Source: Candidatus Poribacteria bacterium (GTDB lineage Bacteria > Poribacteria > WGA-4E > WGA-3G). Taken from it: DNA of 64,000 nt. The translations under genes and the position numbers were made by a program. Where the stretch lies: positions 1,792,001 to 1,856,000 of the forward strand of contig OZ251518.1 of NCBI GenBank assembly GCA_965242965.1. The letters run 5' to 3'. The first letter of the stretch is position 1, and the number at the start of each line of letters is the position of its first letter. The notes under the pieces are model-generated. The model made no database searches. It was not told the origin of the DNA and was given only the letters and a program-made list of their open reading frames with translations. Shown here in pieces: positions 50,940-61,216 of this stretch.

Positions 50940-52418
50940 TCACGCCCAGCTGGCATCAACATAAGCCCTGAGATGTTTCAACGCGCTGCCATTATCAATC
51001 ACAGTTTGAGCACGTTTGACAGCACGGTGCGGTTCCGGGCAAATCCCCAACAGATAATCTACCATCGCCGCGTTTAGGACAATTCTGTCATAGAGATGCC
51101 CTTTCTGTCCGGATAGCGCGGCGATGCCAGCATCGGCGAACGCCTGCGCACTGACGCTTTCGGGACGCGGGCTCCGGGCATAGTCAAACCCGTAGTCAGA
51201 AGGATTAATATCCACGGCAAAATCTTCGCGGTGTCCGTTAAGGCATCGGAAACCTTGCGAATAATTAATCGCCATTCTATCAACGGTAGACGGTTTTCCG
51301 AGGCGGAGCGCGTAATGACTCGTGCCTTCCTCACCCTTAACAGCAACTGCGCCGTCAAACCCGCGTTCCCACGCCAATTGCAGGAGCGGTTTCTCATAAC
51401 CGATATGATAATAGCCTAGCACCATGTAGTTTGCCGTAGCGCGAGTGCCTGTCCTTCGCGTGTCTTCTCCTGCAGCGGAGAAAAACTGCTGTGCTTTTTC
51501 CGTAGCCGCCCACGGTGGACGTTTCTTAATATGCACCCGCAGTTCCCGCAAAGCGTAGGCACCCGGCGAATACTCGCGCTGACTAATATACCCGAACCCG
51601 ACCATTTTGTCGGCGATGCGTTCCGCTGTTTGTTCAAGGGATAGCGTCGTATTCGCGCCGAGCGCGTTCAAAATCGCCTCTTCGGTAACGCCGTTTTTCG
51701 GTGGCATCGCATCGACACTATGCAGCACCGAAGGCTCACCGAGTGCGGCGCGGACAGCTGCCACGAAGAGCGTTGGGCGAAAGTAGCGCGTCGCGCCATC
51801 GTAAGGTTGCCCGAAATGGGTGAGTGAATTGACAGCGATAGGCCGCACATCTTCCGGTGCGAAAAAGGCATCAAGGTAGCCGCGCACCTCCTCGTAGGTC
51901 TCGCGGTTCATCCGCTGCCCGATAAGCGCAGCGGCTTTGAGTGCCGGTTTGACAGCATCGCTGAGGAGCGCGGTGCACATCCGCCGCGTCTCGGCGTAAT
52001 CCAGATGTTTCGCACGTAAAATCTTCTCTAGCGCGGCGACGACAATTGCCTCCGTTGCATTGGCAGGGACGTATCCGCGCCCAGGGGTCATCAGGTAGCG
52101 AATCTCCGCAGGCAACTTCTCTTCAAGCGCAGACTGGTGGTGCCTGAACGCCTCACGTTCCTGCGGACTCCACTGCGTCGCTTCAGGGAAATAGTTGCGG
52201 AGCGTCATGGCAGAAAAAAACGCGCCCATCTGTGCCGCCGAGGCAGTCTCCTCTCGCGGCAGTTCGCCCGACAGCGATTTGAGGATAATTTTCAATACGG
52301 ATGCAGGTTGCGGCCCATCTGGGTTTCCTAACGGGCGCGTCTGATGCGGGCCTGTGCAAACCCTTGCCTGCGCCTCAAGGAGTTCAGGATTAGGGCCTGG
52401 ATAATCAAATGTGTTCAT
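50940..52418 (-). CDS. Anthranilate phosphoribosyltransferase-like protein (TrpD2/YbiB-like)
   Basis: AQMGAF, PYDG, PPKNGVT, KGEEG. Confidence 0.8.
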   Translation of the reverse strand: MNTFDYPGPNPELLEAQARVCTGPHQTRPLGNPDGPQPASVLKIILKSLSGELPREETASAAQMGAFFSAMTLRNYFPEATQWSPQEREAFRHHQSALEEKLPAEIRYLMTPGRGYVPANATEAIVVAALEKILRAKHLDYAETRRMCTALLSDAVKPALKAAALIGQRMNRETYEEVRGYLDAFFAPEDVRPIAVNSLTHFGQPYDGATRYFRPTLFVAAVRAALGEPSVLHSVDAMPPKNGVTEEAILNALGANTTLSLEQTAERIADKMVGFGYISQREYSPGAYALRELRVHIKKRPPWAATEKAQQFFSAAGEDTRRTGTRATANYMVLGYYHIGYEKPLLQLAWERGFDGAVAVKGEEGTSHYALRLGKPSTVDRMAINYSQGFRCLNGHREDFAVDINPSDYGFDYARSPRPESVSAQAFADAGIAALSGQKGHLYDRIVLNAAMVDYLLGICPEPHRAVKRAQTVIDNGSALKHLRAYVDASWA

Positions 52419-52520
52419 TTTTACGTTTCCTTGAAAATTTATGGTTTGATGTCATGATACCACATTGCCACAGTTAACGCAACATGTGATTTTTCAATAC
52501 TAGGACAATTCCGAAAAAAC

Positions 52521-52549
52521 TTGACAAAATCGCGAAAAGAAGTTAAACT
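52521..52549 (+). promoter_or_regulatory. sigma70 promoter
   Basis: TTGACA-17 bp-TAAACT. Confidence 0.65.
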
Positions 52550-52554
52550 ATTAA

Positions 52555-53532
52555 TTGGAATTTTTTCTGATGAAAATGGAAGCGGATTGCAACAAACCTT
52601 ATATCATGCAAACTCACATCTATGCGCGCGGCGCGAAGGAAACCTGTCCCTCGCGTGCCTTCAGTTACACGTTAGGCATCATCATTTTTATCCTCGCTGT
52701 CGGCGGGTGTGATGAACCAACTCCCGTCACCATCACGCCGGAAGAGACAGACAGCATCGTCCTGCGCGACTACATACTGGCAGCGGATGAGACATGGGAT
52801 GCGGAGAAAACCTACACCGTGCATGGCGAATTGGAGATTCCGCCGGACATCACCTTGCGCATCCCGCCAGAGACTACCGTGAGATTCGGACGCGACGCGC
52901 TGGTGAAGGTGAGAGGCATCCTGAAAGTCGGAGTCGATGCAGAACGAGCTGGGGCAGCCACACCGGTGAAATTCACTTCGGATATCCCAGGTCCGCAGCG
53001 CGGCGATTGGCAGGGAATCCTCTTCGATCACACGCATGGACTTGACAGTTTCGTCAGAGGTGCGCAGATTGAATACGCAACCGTCGCCGTGGATATCAAG
53101 ACGACCTCGCCGACAATCGCAGATTGCACGTTCCGCCTGAACGATGTCGCCATCGCTTTAGATGGCAGCAACGCGGTTATCCAGCATAACGCATTCGTGG
53201 ATAACAACATCGGCATCCGCACTATTGGGCGGCAAACGCGCCCGAAAATTGAGCGAAACAGCATCACCCGCAACGAGATAGGCATTCACTGCGAAAATGT
53301 GCAGTCAATTATCCAATATAATAACCTGGGAGGCAACATCCGCGCCCTCAAGTTATGGGTAAAGTTCGACCTGTATGCGCCTGACAATTGGTGGGGCACA
53401 CTGGATGCCGAGTCCATAGACACCGCGATAGTCGATGCCGCTGATCCGGAATTGCTGCATAAACAGGTAGGCACCGTCACCTACGAACCGATTGCCGATG
53501 CACCGATTCCAGATGCCGGCCCCAATCGGTGA
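52555..53532 (+). CDS. Right-handed beta-helix lipoprotein (start uncertain)
   Basis: Lipobox-like VGGC; GDWQGI; N..GI repeats; NWWG. Confidence 0.85.
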   Translation: MEFFLMKMEADCNKPYIMQTHIYARGAKETCPSRAFSYTLGIIIFILAVGGCDEPTPVTITPEETDSIVLRDYILAADETWDAEKTYTVHGELEIPPDITLRIPPETTVRFGRDALVKVRGILKVGVDAERAGAATPVKFTSDIPGPQRGDWQGILFDHTHGLDSFVRGAQIEYATVAVDIKTTSPTIADCTFRLNDVAIALDGSNAVIQHNAFVDNNIGIRTIGRQTRPKIERNSITRNEIGIHCENVQSIIQYNNLGGNIRALKLWVKFDLYAPDNWWGTLDAESIDTAIVDAADPELLHKQVGTVTYEPIADAPIPDAGPNR

Positions 53533-53545
53533 TGCTTGATGTTCC

Positions 53546-54033
53546 CGTAGCGCGGGGGCCTGTCCCCCGCGATGGCTCAAGAACCGTTTTTTTTATCGTA
53601 GCGCGGGGGCCTGTCCCCCGCGATCGCCATCGACACGATGCGTTTTAGGTCCTTTAGGACCTTAATGTCTATAGAAACCCGTGTCGTCCCGTTGTCAAGG
53701 TCCTTTAGGTCCTTAATAAAAACACGCGCGGACCCGGCAAAAACTATTAAGGACCTAAAGGACCTTAGGGTTCTTCGCTGGCGTGCGAGCTATAGACATT
53801 AAGGTCCTACGGACCTGAAGAGAACAAGAGACGTTTTTTCCGTAGCGTGGCGTGAACGATGGCGAGGGCCTGTCCCTCGCCCTACGGTGAGGAAAGGCGT
53901 TTTTTATCGTAGCGCGGGGGACAGGCCCCCGCGAGTGTTAGATTGCGCGAGCGATGGCGAGGGACAGGCCCTCGCCCTACGATGAAGAGGGGGCTGCCGC
54001 CCTACTGCATCGAGACCGGGAGGTCTCTCCTAC
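53546..54033. repeat. REP mosaic containing a four-palindrome element (53647-53816)
   Basis: Near copy of 14925-15220. Confidence 0.9.
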
Positions 54034-54096
54034 AAGGATGCATTGAGATATGAAATTTGCCGGGGATCCCTTGAACATCCGCTAGGAACAACAAAA

Positions 54097-55317
54097 ATGC
54101 TCACTATTCTGAACATCTCACAAAACCACTACATCCGCGGCGGTTCTGACCGGTATTTTTTCACGATGGGCGAGGTGTTGCAAAAACAGGGACACCGCGT
54201 GATTCCGTTCACCGCGGCGAGCCCGAAAAACGAACCGACAGAATGGGAACGCTATTTTCCACGCGGTGCCGATTTTGAGCATCCCAGCGCGCTTGACTTA
54301 GGGCGGTTTCTATACTCACGCGATGCTGTCCAATCAATGCGCCGGTTATTACGGGACATAGATGACTCCGCGCCAAAAACTGTAGACATCGCGCATTTCC
54401 ACATTTACTACGGCAAGTTGACTGCCTCCATCTTGGGGGTGCTGAAACAAGCAGGCATTCCGCTGATTCAAACGTTGCACGAGTATAAACTGACCTGTCC
54501 TGTCTACAGTCATCTGTCAAACGATCAGATTTGCGAGGCGTGTGCGGGGAAACATTTTTGGCGCGCGCTCCCGAAGCGGTGCAACCGAGGTTCGCTTGCC
54601 CGCACTGCCTTGAGCGTCACCGAATCTTACGTCTCGCGCAGCCTCGGCGCGGTTGACAAATTCGACCATTTTATCTCTGTCTCGCATTTCTTAAGGAAAA
54701 AGATGGTTGAACACGGTATCCCCGAAACGAAGATTTCGACGGTTCATAACTTCGTTGATGTGTCGGATTTCACGCCAAATTTCGCCGAGGGAGAGTATCT
54801 GCTCTATTTCGGCAGGGTGCATCAGAGTAAGGGGATTTTCACCTTGATAGAGGCGGCGGCTCCGCTGAAACAGGTGCCGCTCATCATCGTCGGTGATGGC
54901 GAAGCACTGCCCGAAGTCCGGCGACAGGTGGAACAGGCTAACTGCGAACATATCCGACTTGTCGGGTTCAAACAAGGCGATGAACTTCGCGAACTGATTG
55001 CGGGAAGCATCTGCACGCTGTTGCCCTCGGAATGGTATGAAAACTGCCCGATGTCCGTTTTAGAATCCTACGCGTATGGCAAACCTGTCATCGGTGCGGA
55101 TATCGGCGGAATTCCAGAACTCATCGCCGATGGCGTAGATGGCTTTCTCGTTCCCTCCGGTGGGACAGAAGCATTACGCGAGAAACTGCTTTGGATGTAT
55201 GAACACAAAGCGGAGGCGGCAGAGATGGGACGTATCGGCCGCCACAAAATGGAAACTCAATTTAACGCGGACATTCATTATGAAAACATTATGAATGTCT
55301 ATCAAAATTTCTTGTAG
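54097..55317 (+). CDS. Glycosyltransferase family 4
   Basis: TLHEYKLTCP, PSEWYENCPMSVLES, GGIPE. Confidence 0.95.
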   Translation: MLTILNISQNHYIRGGSDRYFFTMGEVLQKQGHRVIPFTAASPKNEPTEWERYFPRGADFEHPSALDLGRFLYSRDAVQSMRRLLRDIDDSAPKTVDIAHFHIYYGKLTASILGVLKQAGIPLIQTLHEYKLTCPVYSHLSNDQICEACAGKHFWRALPKRCNRGSLARTALSVTESYVSRSLGAVDKFDHFISVSHFLRKKMVEHGIPETKISTVHNFVDVSDFTPNFAEGEYLLYFGRVHQSKGIFTLIEAAAPLKQVPLIIVGDGEALPEVRRQVEQANCEHIRLVGFKQGDELRELIAGSICTLLPSEWYENCPMSVLESYAYGKPVIGADIGGIPELIADGVDGFLVPSGGTEALREKLLWMYEHKAEAAEMGRIGRHKMETQFNADIHYENIMNVYQNFL

Positions 55318-55371
55318 GCGTGCCCTCCTGGTCCCAAGCGACAAACCCGAAAAAGTAGACGCTTCTCAATC

Positions 55372-55559
55372 CGTAGCGCGGGGGCCTGTCCCCTGCGAGC
55401 GTTTGGTAATCCGAGACATGGCGAGGGACAGGCCCCCGCCCTACGGGGACAGAGACAAGAAACCCTCCCGTTACCGTAGCGCGGGGGCCTGTCCCCCGCG
55501 AACCTTCGCACATCAAGTAAACGCATCTCAAACCGTAGCGCGGGGCCTGTCCCCCGCGA
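55372..55559. repeat. REP cluster
   Basis: GTAGCGCGGGGGCCTGTCCCCCGCG copies. Confidence 0.85.
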
Positions 55560-55586
55560 ACTTCACACATGAAAAGGAGAAACATT

Positions 55587-56609
55587 TTGGCAGCTAAAGA
55601 CAAACAGACACTTGGAACAACAAAAACTTCACTAGTAACGGGCGGCGCGGGCTTCCTCGGAGCCCATGTCGTCAATGAACTCCTTCGCGATGAAAACCAA
55701 CGCGTCGTTGTTCTCGATGACCTGAGCGGCGGCTTTCGCGAAAATACTAACAGTGCCGCGACGTTCGTTGATGGCAGCATTCTCGATGCACCGTTGGTGA
55801 ACCGGCTGTGCGAGCAGCATCAGTTTGACTACATATACCACCTCGCGGCCTACGCCGCCGAGGGGTTGAGCCACTTCATCAAGCGGTTTAACTATCAGAA
55901 TAACCTCATCGGCAGCGTGAATCTAATAAACGCCGCCGTGAACTATAACGTCAAACACTTCGTGTTCAGTTCGTCCATCGCCGTGTATGGCACGAATCAA
56001 CTGCCGATGCACGAGGAGCTGATACCGATGCCGGAAGATTCTTACGGCATCGCCAAATACGCCGTGGAGCAGGAACTCGCTATATCCAAACACATTTTTG
56101 GCATGGATTACACCATCTTTCGTCCGCATAATGTCTATGGCGAGGGACAGAACATCAGCGACAAGTACCGGAACGTCATCGGCATTTTCATGAATAACAT
56201 CATGAAGGGTGAACCGTTGCGTATTTTCGGCGATGGTGAACAGACGCGCGCCTATACGCACATTGCCGATGTCGCGCCGCATATCGCTCGCGCCGTGGAG
56301 ATACCGGAGGCATCGTGTGAGACGTTCAACGTCGGTTCTGACACCCCTGCCACCGTTAACGAATTAGCAGAACTCGTCATGCAGGCGATGGGAAAAGAGG
56401 TGCCGGTTATCCGTGTTCAGGCGCGGGAAGAGGTAAAACACGCCTATTGCTCCCACGAAAAATTCCAGAAAGTCTTCGGGATACATTCCACGGTATCTCT
56501 GGCAGAGGGTCTAAATCGGATGGCGGCTTGGGCGAAATCCATCGGCGCGCGTCCAGCAACCGGATACTCCGATATCGAAATTCGTAAGAATTTGCCCGAG
56601 GGGTGGTAA
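55587..56609 (+). CDS. NAD-dependent epimerase/dehydratase
   Basis: TGGAGFLG, YGIAK, NVYG; TTG start after AAGGAG. Confidence 0.93.
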   Translation: MAAKDKQTLGTTKTSLVTGGAGFLGAHVVNELLRDENQRVVVLDDLSGGFRENTNSAATFVDGSILDAPLVNRLCEQHQFDYIYHLAAYAAEGLSHFIKRFNYQNNLIGSVNLINAAVNYNVKHFVFSSSIAVYGTNQLPMHEELIPMPEDSYGIAKYAVEQELAISKHIFGMDYTIFRPHNVYGEGQNISDKYRNVIGIFMNNIMKGEPLRIFGDGEQTRAYTHIADVAPHIARAVEIPEASCETFNVGSDTPATVNELAELVMQAMGKEVPVIRVQAREEVKHAYCSHEKFQKVFGIHSTVSLAEGLNRMAAWAKSIGARPATGYSDIEIRKNLPEGW

Positions 56610-56624
56610 TCCAAGAAATCCGCG

Positions 56625-58001
56625 TTGCGGAGTTCACGGAAACTTTCACTCAACCGAACCGGTAATTCTAGAATCTTGAAAATCCTGCTTAAACTGCGGC
56701 ATTCGTCTACTCCTTGGGTAATGCTAATTACCTTGGGCGGCATGGGATTCAGCCTTTTCGTCCATTTCAAACTGATTCCGACGCGGTTTGGTGTGAGCGA
56801 AAACGCGGATATCTTGGTTGCCACTTTAAAAAGCGTGCTGCTCATCGATACCGTTGTCCGAGAAGGCGCGAAATTTAGCCTCGTTCCGCTTTTCGTCACA
56901 CAAGAAACGGCGATGAACTCGGCTGCGTATCGGCGTTTCACGAACGGTATCTTCACCGTATCCATCTGCTTCGGTGGCATACTGGCGATGCTGATTGCAG
57001 CCGGTGCCCCTTGGATTGCAAACGGATTGCTACCACGGTATTCCCTCGCCGCGCGTGCCGAAATGGTGACGTTACTGCGCTTGTGTGCACCTTTCGTTCT
57101 CGTCGGATGCGGGAGCACCGCGATGGGTGCGTTTCTGAATAGCCGCCGCCGGTTCAATACGGTAGCACTCCGAAATGCGCTGCCGCCCGCATTCGCAGTA
57201 ACGTGCTTCTTCCTACTCTGGGAGACGGCTAGCCTTGCACGGTGGATAGCGGCGGCATACGCCGTCGGAGCTAGCGGATACTTCGTGTGGCTGTGCATTG
57301 AGGTGCGTCAAACAAGACATCGCTATGCACCAACGCTGCCAACTAGCGAAACACTGCAGGCATTGAGAAACGCATTGACGCTGCCGACACTCGGCTTTGC
57401 TGTCCGGCAACTGTCAACGCGGCTCTTCGTTGAAGTCTATCTAATCGGGCAATTCGGAGCGGGTCTGATTACGCTCTACAACAGCGCGTTCCGCATTTTC
57501 TCGGCGTTACAGACGCTCATCGGTATCAGTCTTGCAACGACAGGGCTACCCGACATGGCAACGCACGATGCTAAAAACGACGCATTGGCATTAGGCCGCG
57601 CGCTCCACCGAAAAGCGCGAACCGCTGTCCTCATCGGGTTTCCTGTCACCTGCGTCATGCTGCTTGCGCATGAACAGATTATCGGTATCCTATACGGACA
57701 AAATTCCGTAGGCCCGGCAGCGACGCAACTGATAGCCGATTTGCTGTTTTGGCTCAGTGCAGGACTGATATTCTCTTGCTTGATTCCTGTGTTGAATGCC
57801 GGCCTCTATGCCCAGAAAGCGTATCGGTTTGTCTTTAGCAATATGGTAACGATGGCAGTCCTGAACATCGGCGTGGCATACGTCTGCGTGGTGACATCGT
57901 GGTGGGTGCTCGGCATCGCGCTAGCGGTTTCCATCAGCGCGCTCCTCGCTGTCGCGAACCTCACGTATCTGCTCCGAAAAACGGGTATTTCTTGGATGTG
58001 A
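56625..58001 (+). CDS. MurJ/MviN-like (MOP superfamily) flippase; start uncertain
   Basis: About 12 hydrophobic segments; FSLVPLF; located in a polysaccharide locus. Confidence 0.8.
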   Translation: MRSSRKLSLNRTGNSRILKILLKLRHSSTPWVMLITLGGMGFSLFVHFKLIPTRFGVSENADILVATLKSVLLIDTVVREGAKFSLVPLFVTQETAMNSAAYRRFTNGIFTVSICFGGILAMLIAAGAPWIANGLLPRYSLAARAEMVTLLRLCAPFVLVGCGSTAMGAFLNSRRRFNTVALRNALPPAFAVTCFFLLWETASLARWIAAAYAVGASGYFVWLCIEVRQTRHRYAPTLPTSETLQALRNALTLPTLGFAVRQLSTRLFVEVYLIGQFGAGLITLYNSAFRIFSALQTLIGISLATTGLPDMATHDAKNDALALGRALHRKARTAVLIGFPVTCVMLLAHEQIIGILYGQNSVGPAATQLIADLLFWLSAGLIFSCLIPVLNAGLYAQKAYRFVFSNMVTMAVLNIGVAYVCVVTSWWVLGIALAVSISALLAVANLTYLLRKTGISWM

Positions 58002-58183
58002 ACATATCACAAACGGAGCGCGAGGACTAAAGTTTGCGAGGGACAGGCCCTCGCACTACGAAAGTAAATATGCCACAAACGGAGCGCGAGGGCGGTGCCC
58101 GTAGGAGAGACCTCCCGGTCTCGATGCAATGTAAACATGCCACAAACTAGCGCGAGGGCCTGTCCCTTGCCGGGAGAATCACT

Positions 58184-59224
58184 TTGCCAGGCCAGCGTCA
58201 AACAACTGCTCGGAACTACAAATATCTCATTGTCGGCGGCACCACAAAAGCGGCGACGACATCGCTGTTCGCTTACCTCGCCGCGCATCCGGCGATTTGC
58301 GCTGCGACTTACAAGGAGACTCGGTTTTTCCTCGACAAAACGTATCCGCTCCCGTCAAAATACCGATACAGCGGAAACGTAGAGGAATACAATCTGCTTT
58401 TTCCGGAGGAGAACGATGGAGATTCGCGCATCCGGCTTGAGTCAACACCGGACTATCTCTATTGCCCGAACGCGCGTGAGCGAATCGCGGAATTTCTGCC
58501 GCACGCCAAACTCGTCTTCAGTCTCCGCGAACCGGTCTCGCGTCTGATTTCGTGGTATCGGTTCGCCAAACAGAACGGCACGTTGCCGCAAACGCTTAGT
58601 TTTGATGGATACGTAGAGATGTTGTTTAAGGAAATTCGCGACCGGGGCACGGCGAGGGACAGGCCCTCGCCCTACGATAGCGCGGGGGCCTGTCCCCCGC
58701 AATCTGTCAACACTAGGAACACACCTCCGCCGGCTACGACAGAACAATATTTGCAAACACTTCAGCAGGGATGCTATACTGTCTATTTGAAGCCCTATTT
58801 TGAGAGATTCGGTGTGGCGCGCATCCACATCCTCTTCTACGAAGACATCGCTGAAAATCCGCGAACTGTTCTGGCAAACCTCTGCGAATTCGCCAGCATT
58901 GATGCCGATTTTTACGAGGATTACACCTTTCAGGTGACAAACCGCACGGAAACGATGAAAAATTCGGAGTTGCATCGGAAATATCGGAACTTTCGGTTTC
59001 AACTTCGGCAGTGGACACATAACAAACCGATAATTCACAATCCGTTGCGAGCGGTGCGAAAAGCCATTGAGCCGCTCTATCTCCGTTTAAACACGCATGC
59101 GGCGGAGCAGGTGGACGTTTCAGAAGAGACGCGCCAACGTTTAGTTGACTATTACCGAGAGGATGTGCAGGCACTCGCCGCACTGATAGGACAACCGGCA
59201 CCGTGGCATCAGTTTTGTCGGTAG
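58184..59224 (+). CDS. Sulfotransferase with an in-frame REP insertion
   Basis: 5'-PSB GTTKAATTS, KETRFF, 3'-PB LREPVSRLIS. Confidence 0.92.
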   Translation: MPGQRQTTARNYKYLIVGGTTKAATTSLFAYLAAHPAICAATYKETRFFLDKTYPLPSKYRYSGNVEEYNLLFPEENDGDSRIRLESTPDYLYCPNARERIAEFLPHAKLVFSLREPVSRLISWYRFAKQNGTLPQTLSFDGYVEMLFKEIRDRGTARDRPSPYDSAGACPPQSVNTRNTPPPATTEQYLQTLQQGCYTVYLKPYFERFGVARIHILFYEDIAENPRTVLANLCEFASIDADFYEDYTFQVTNRTETMKNSELHRKYRNFRFQLRQWTHNKPIIHNPLRAVRKAIEPLYLRLNTHAAEQVDVSEETRQRLVDYYREDVQALAALIGQPAPWHQFCR

Positions 59225-59240
59225 GAAACAGGACTTACAT

Positions 59241-59449
59241 GAGGGTGTTTCATAACTCTGTAGTTCGGGATCGCCCGATCCCGAACGGGTCAAGATCAGG
59301 CGATCTTGACCTACAGGCGTGATGCGGGCTGCCAGCCAAACGCAGGCGAGGGACAGGTTTTCCCACCTCCCTACGTGAAGGGGCGGCGTTTTTTTCACCG
59401 CAGTGCGGGGCATGTCACCGCGACGTTAAGCAATTTATGAAACACCCTC
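59241..59449. mobile_element. MITE (209 bp) with 15-bp TIRs and 8-bp target-site duplication ACTTACAT
   Basis: GAGGGTGTTTCATAA...TTATGAAACACCCTC flanked by ACTTACAT at 59233-59240 and 59450-59457. Confidence 0.88.
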
Positions 59450-59554
59450 ACTTACATCCGTAAGTCCATCGAAAACGGATGCATTGACAGAGATACGGAG
59501 AAAGCCGTGATTGCACAAGAATCCTTATTGAACGCATTAAAAATAAAAGAAAAT

Positions 59555-61174
59555 ATGAAAACGTTTGGCACCCGAGGCCCGGTAACCCCAGAGAAGCACT
59601 ACGTTGTGCCGCGCACGGCTGAGCTCGCCGATTTCCTCCGCCGCGTCACAGAGGGCCGCTATCTCGTGATTTTCGCGCCGCGGCAGACAGGAAAGACGAC
59701 TTTCTTTCGCAGTGCCTTGCAGGTGCTCGCCGCTGATGTCCCCGACTATTTCCCTATTGAACTGAATTTTGAGGAGTATGTCGACATTGCGCCTGCGGAA
59801 TTCTACGAATCCGTTCACGAAGACGTTCTCACGCAAATTGAGCGCGTCTTCCAGAAAGGGGGTGAAACACCTCCCGCGGCTTTAAGCCCACTTTTAGCCC
59901 GGCAGGGCCGAAAGGTAACCAATAATATCTCACTGCGGAAGTTCTTTGAGGAATTCGCGCAGCTGCTTGACTATCCGCGGGTTGTCCTTATCATTGATGA
60001 ATTTGATAACATTCCGCGGGCGGCTGTGCGCGGGTTTCTTCACACGCTCCGGCGCATTTATCACGAGGCCGATGAAAAACGCCGATGCATCCATAGCGTC
60101 GGGATTGTCGGCGTGAAGAATCTCACGCAGCTGGATTACGACAGGACTGTCTCCCCGTTTAATATCCAAGACGAGTTCCACTTGCCGAACTTCACCTTCG
60201 CCCAAGTGCAGGAGCTGCTTGGACAGTATACGGCAGAAGTCGGCCAAGCCTTCACACCGGAAGTTATTGAGCGGCTCCACAGCCAGACTTCCGGGCAGCC
60301 TGTTCTCGTGAACCGATTGGCACTGCTTCTCACCGAGGAGATGGACATACCGCAAGACAAGTCCATTGCCATGGAACACTTTTTCACTGCACACAAGCGA
60401 ATCCTTGGCGAACGGAATGTCAACATTCAGCATCTCACCACGAATGTCCGCCGTAACCCGCGATTTGAACAACTCTTAATGCGTATAGCGTCTCAGGATG
60501 AAGGTATTGAGTTCAACCTGCATGATGAAATCATCAGTGAACTCGCCACTTACGGCGTTATCAAGGAAGGTGAAGATCAGATGTGCGAGATTAGCAATCC
60601 GATTTATCTTCACTGCATCTTGCAGACATTCAAGCCGACGATTAACGGGTTAGAGGCAGAGTATTACCCTCAAGACACCGGCAACGGCGTTCAGGATTAC
60701 CTTACCGCCGCTGGACAAATTGACATGCTGCGGCTCTTGAGCAACTTCCGCGATTTTATTGCGCGCGCCGGCTTTCGCATCCTCCAAGTGCCGCAAAAAC
60801 CGAGAGAATACATCGGACAACACCTGCTGCTCGCCTATCTTGATAACTTTGTGCTTCGGGTACATGGAACGATGAACCTTGAAGTGCAAACGGGCCGTGG
60901 ACGAATCGATCTTCTAATCAACCACGGACAGCGAAAATACATCGTGGAAACGAAGATTTGGCAGGGAGAGAAATCTTATCGGAACGGTATGCAGCAATTG
61001 GCAGCCTACCTCAAGCTGGAGAAGGCCGAGGAAGGATACTACGTCGTCTTCGACCACCGTCCGAAGCCGCAGCCACGAATCGATACAGAAACGGTGGACG
61101 GTGTGACGATTCGGAGTTACGTCATTCCTGTCGTGCAAGAACCTCCTTCTTCAGCGGTTCCACCGAAAACGTAA
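59555..61174 (+). CDS. AAA-like ATPase with a C-terminal PD-(D/E)XK domain
   Basis: APRQTGKTT, LIIDEFD, SPFNI; E...GRIDL..IVETK. Confidence 0.9.
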   Translation: MKTFGTRGPVTPEKHYVVPRTAELADFLRRVTEGRYLVIFAPRQTGKTTFFRSALQVLAADVPDYFPIELNFEEYVDIAPAEFYESVHEDVLTQIERVFQKGGETPPAALSPLLARQGRKVTNNISLRKFFEEFAQLLDYPRVVLIIDEFDNIPRAAVRGFLHTLRRIYHEADEKRRCIHSVGIVGVKNLTQLDYDRTVSPFNIQDEFHLPNFTFAQVQELLGQYTAEVGQAFTPEVIERLHSQTSGQPVLVNRLALLLTEEMDIPQDKSIAMEHFFTAHKRILGERNVNIQHLTTNVRRNPRFEQLLMRIASQDEGIEFNLHDEIISELATYGVIKEGEDQMCEISNPIYLHCILQTFKPTINGLEAEYYPQDTGNGVQDYLTAAGQIDMLRLLSNFRDFIARAGFRILQVPQKPREYIGQHLLLAYLDNFVLRVHGTMNLEVQTGRGRIDLLINHGQRKYIVETKIWQGEKSYRNGMQQLAAYLKLEKAEEGYYVVFDHRPKPQPRIDTETVDGVTIRSYVIPVVQEPPSSAVPPKT

Positions 61175-61216
61175 GTTTTGACAACGTCAAAACGACCTGG
61201 GCAGGGGAGTCCTTTT

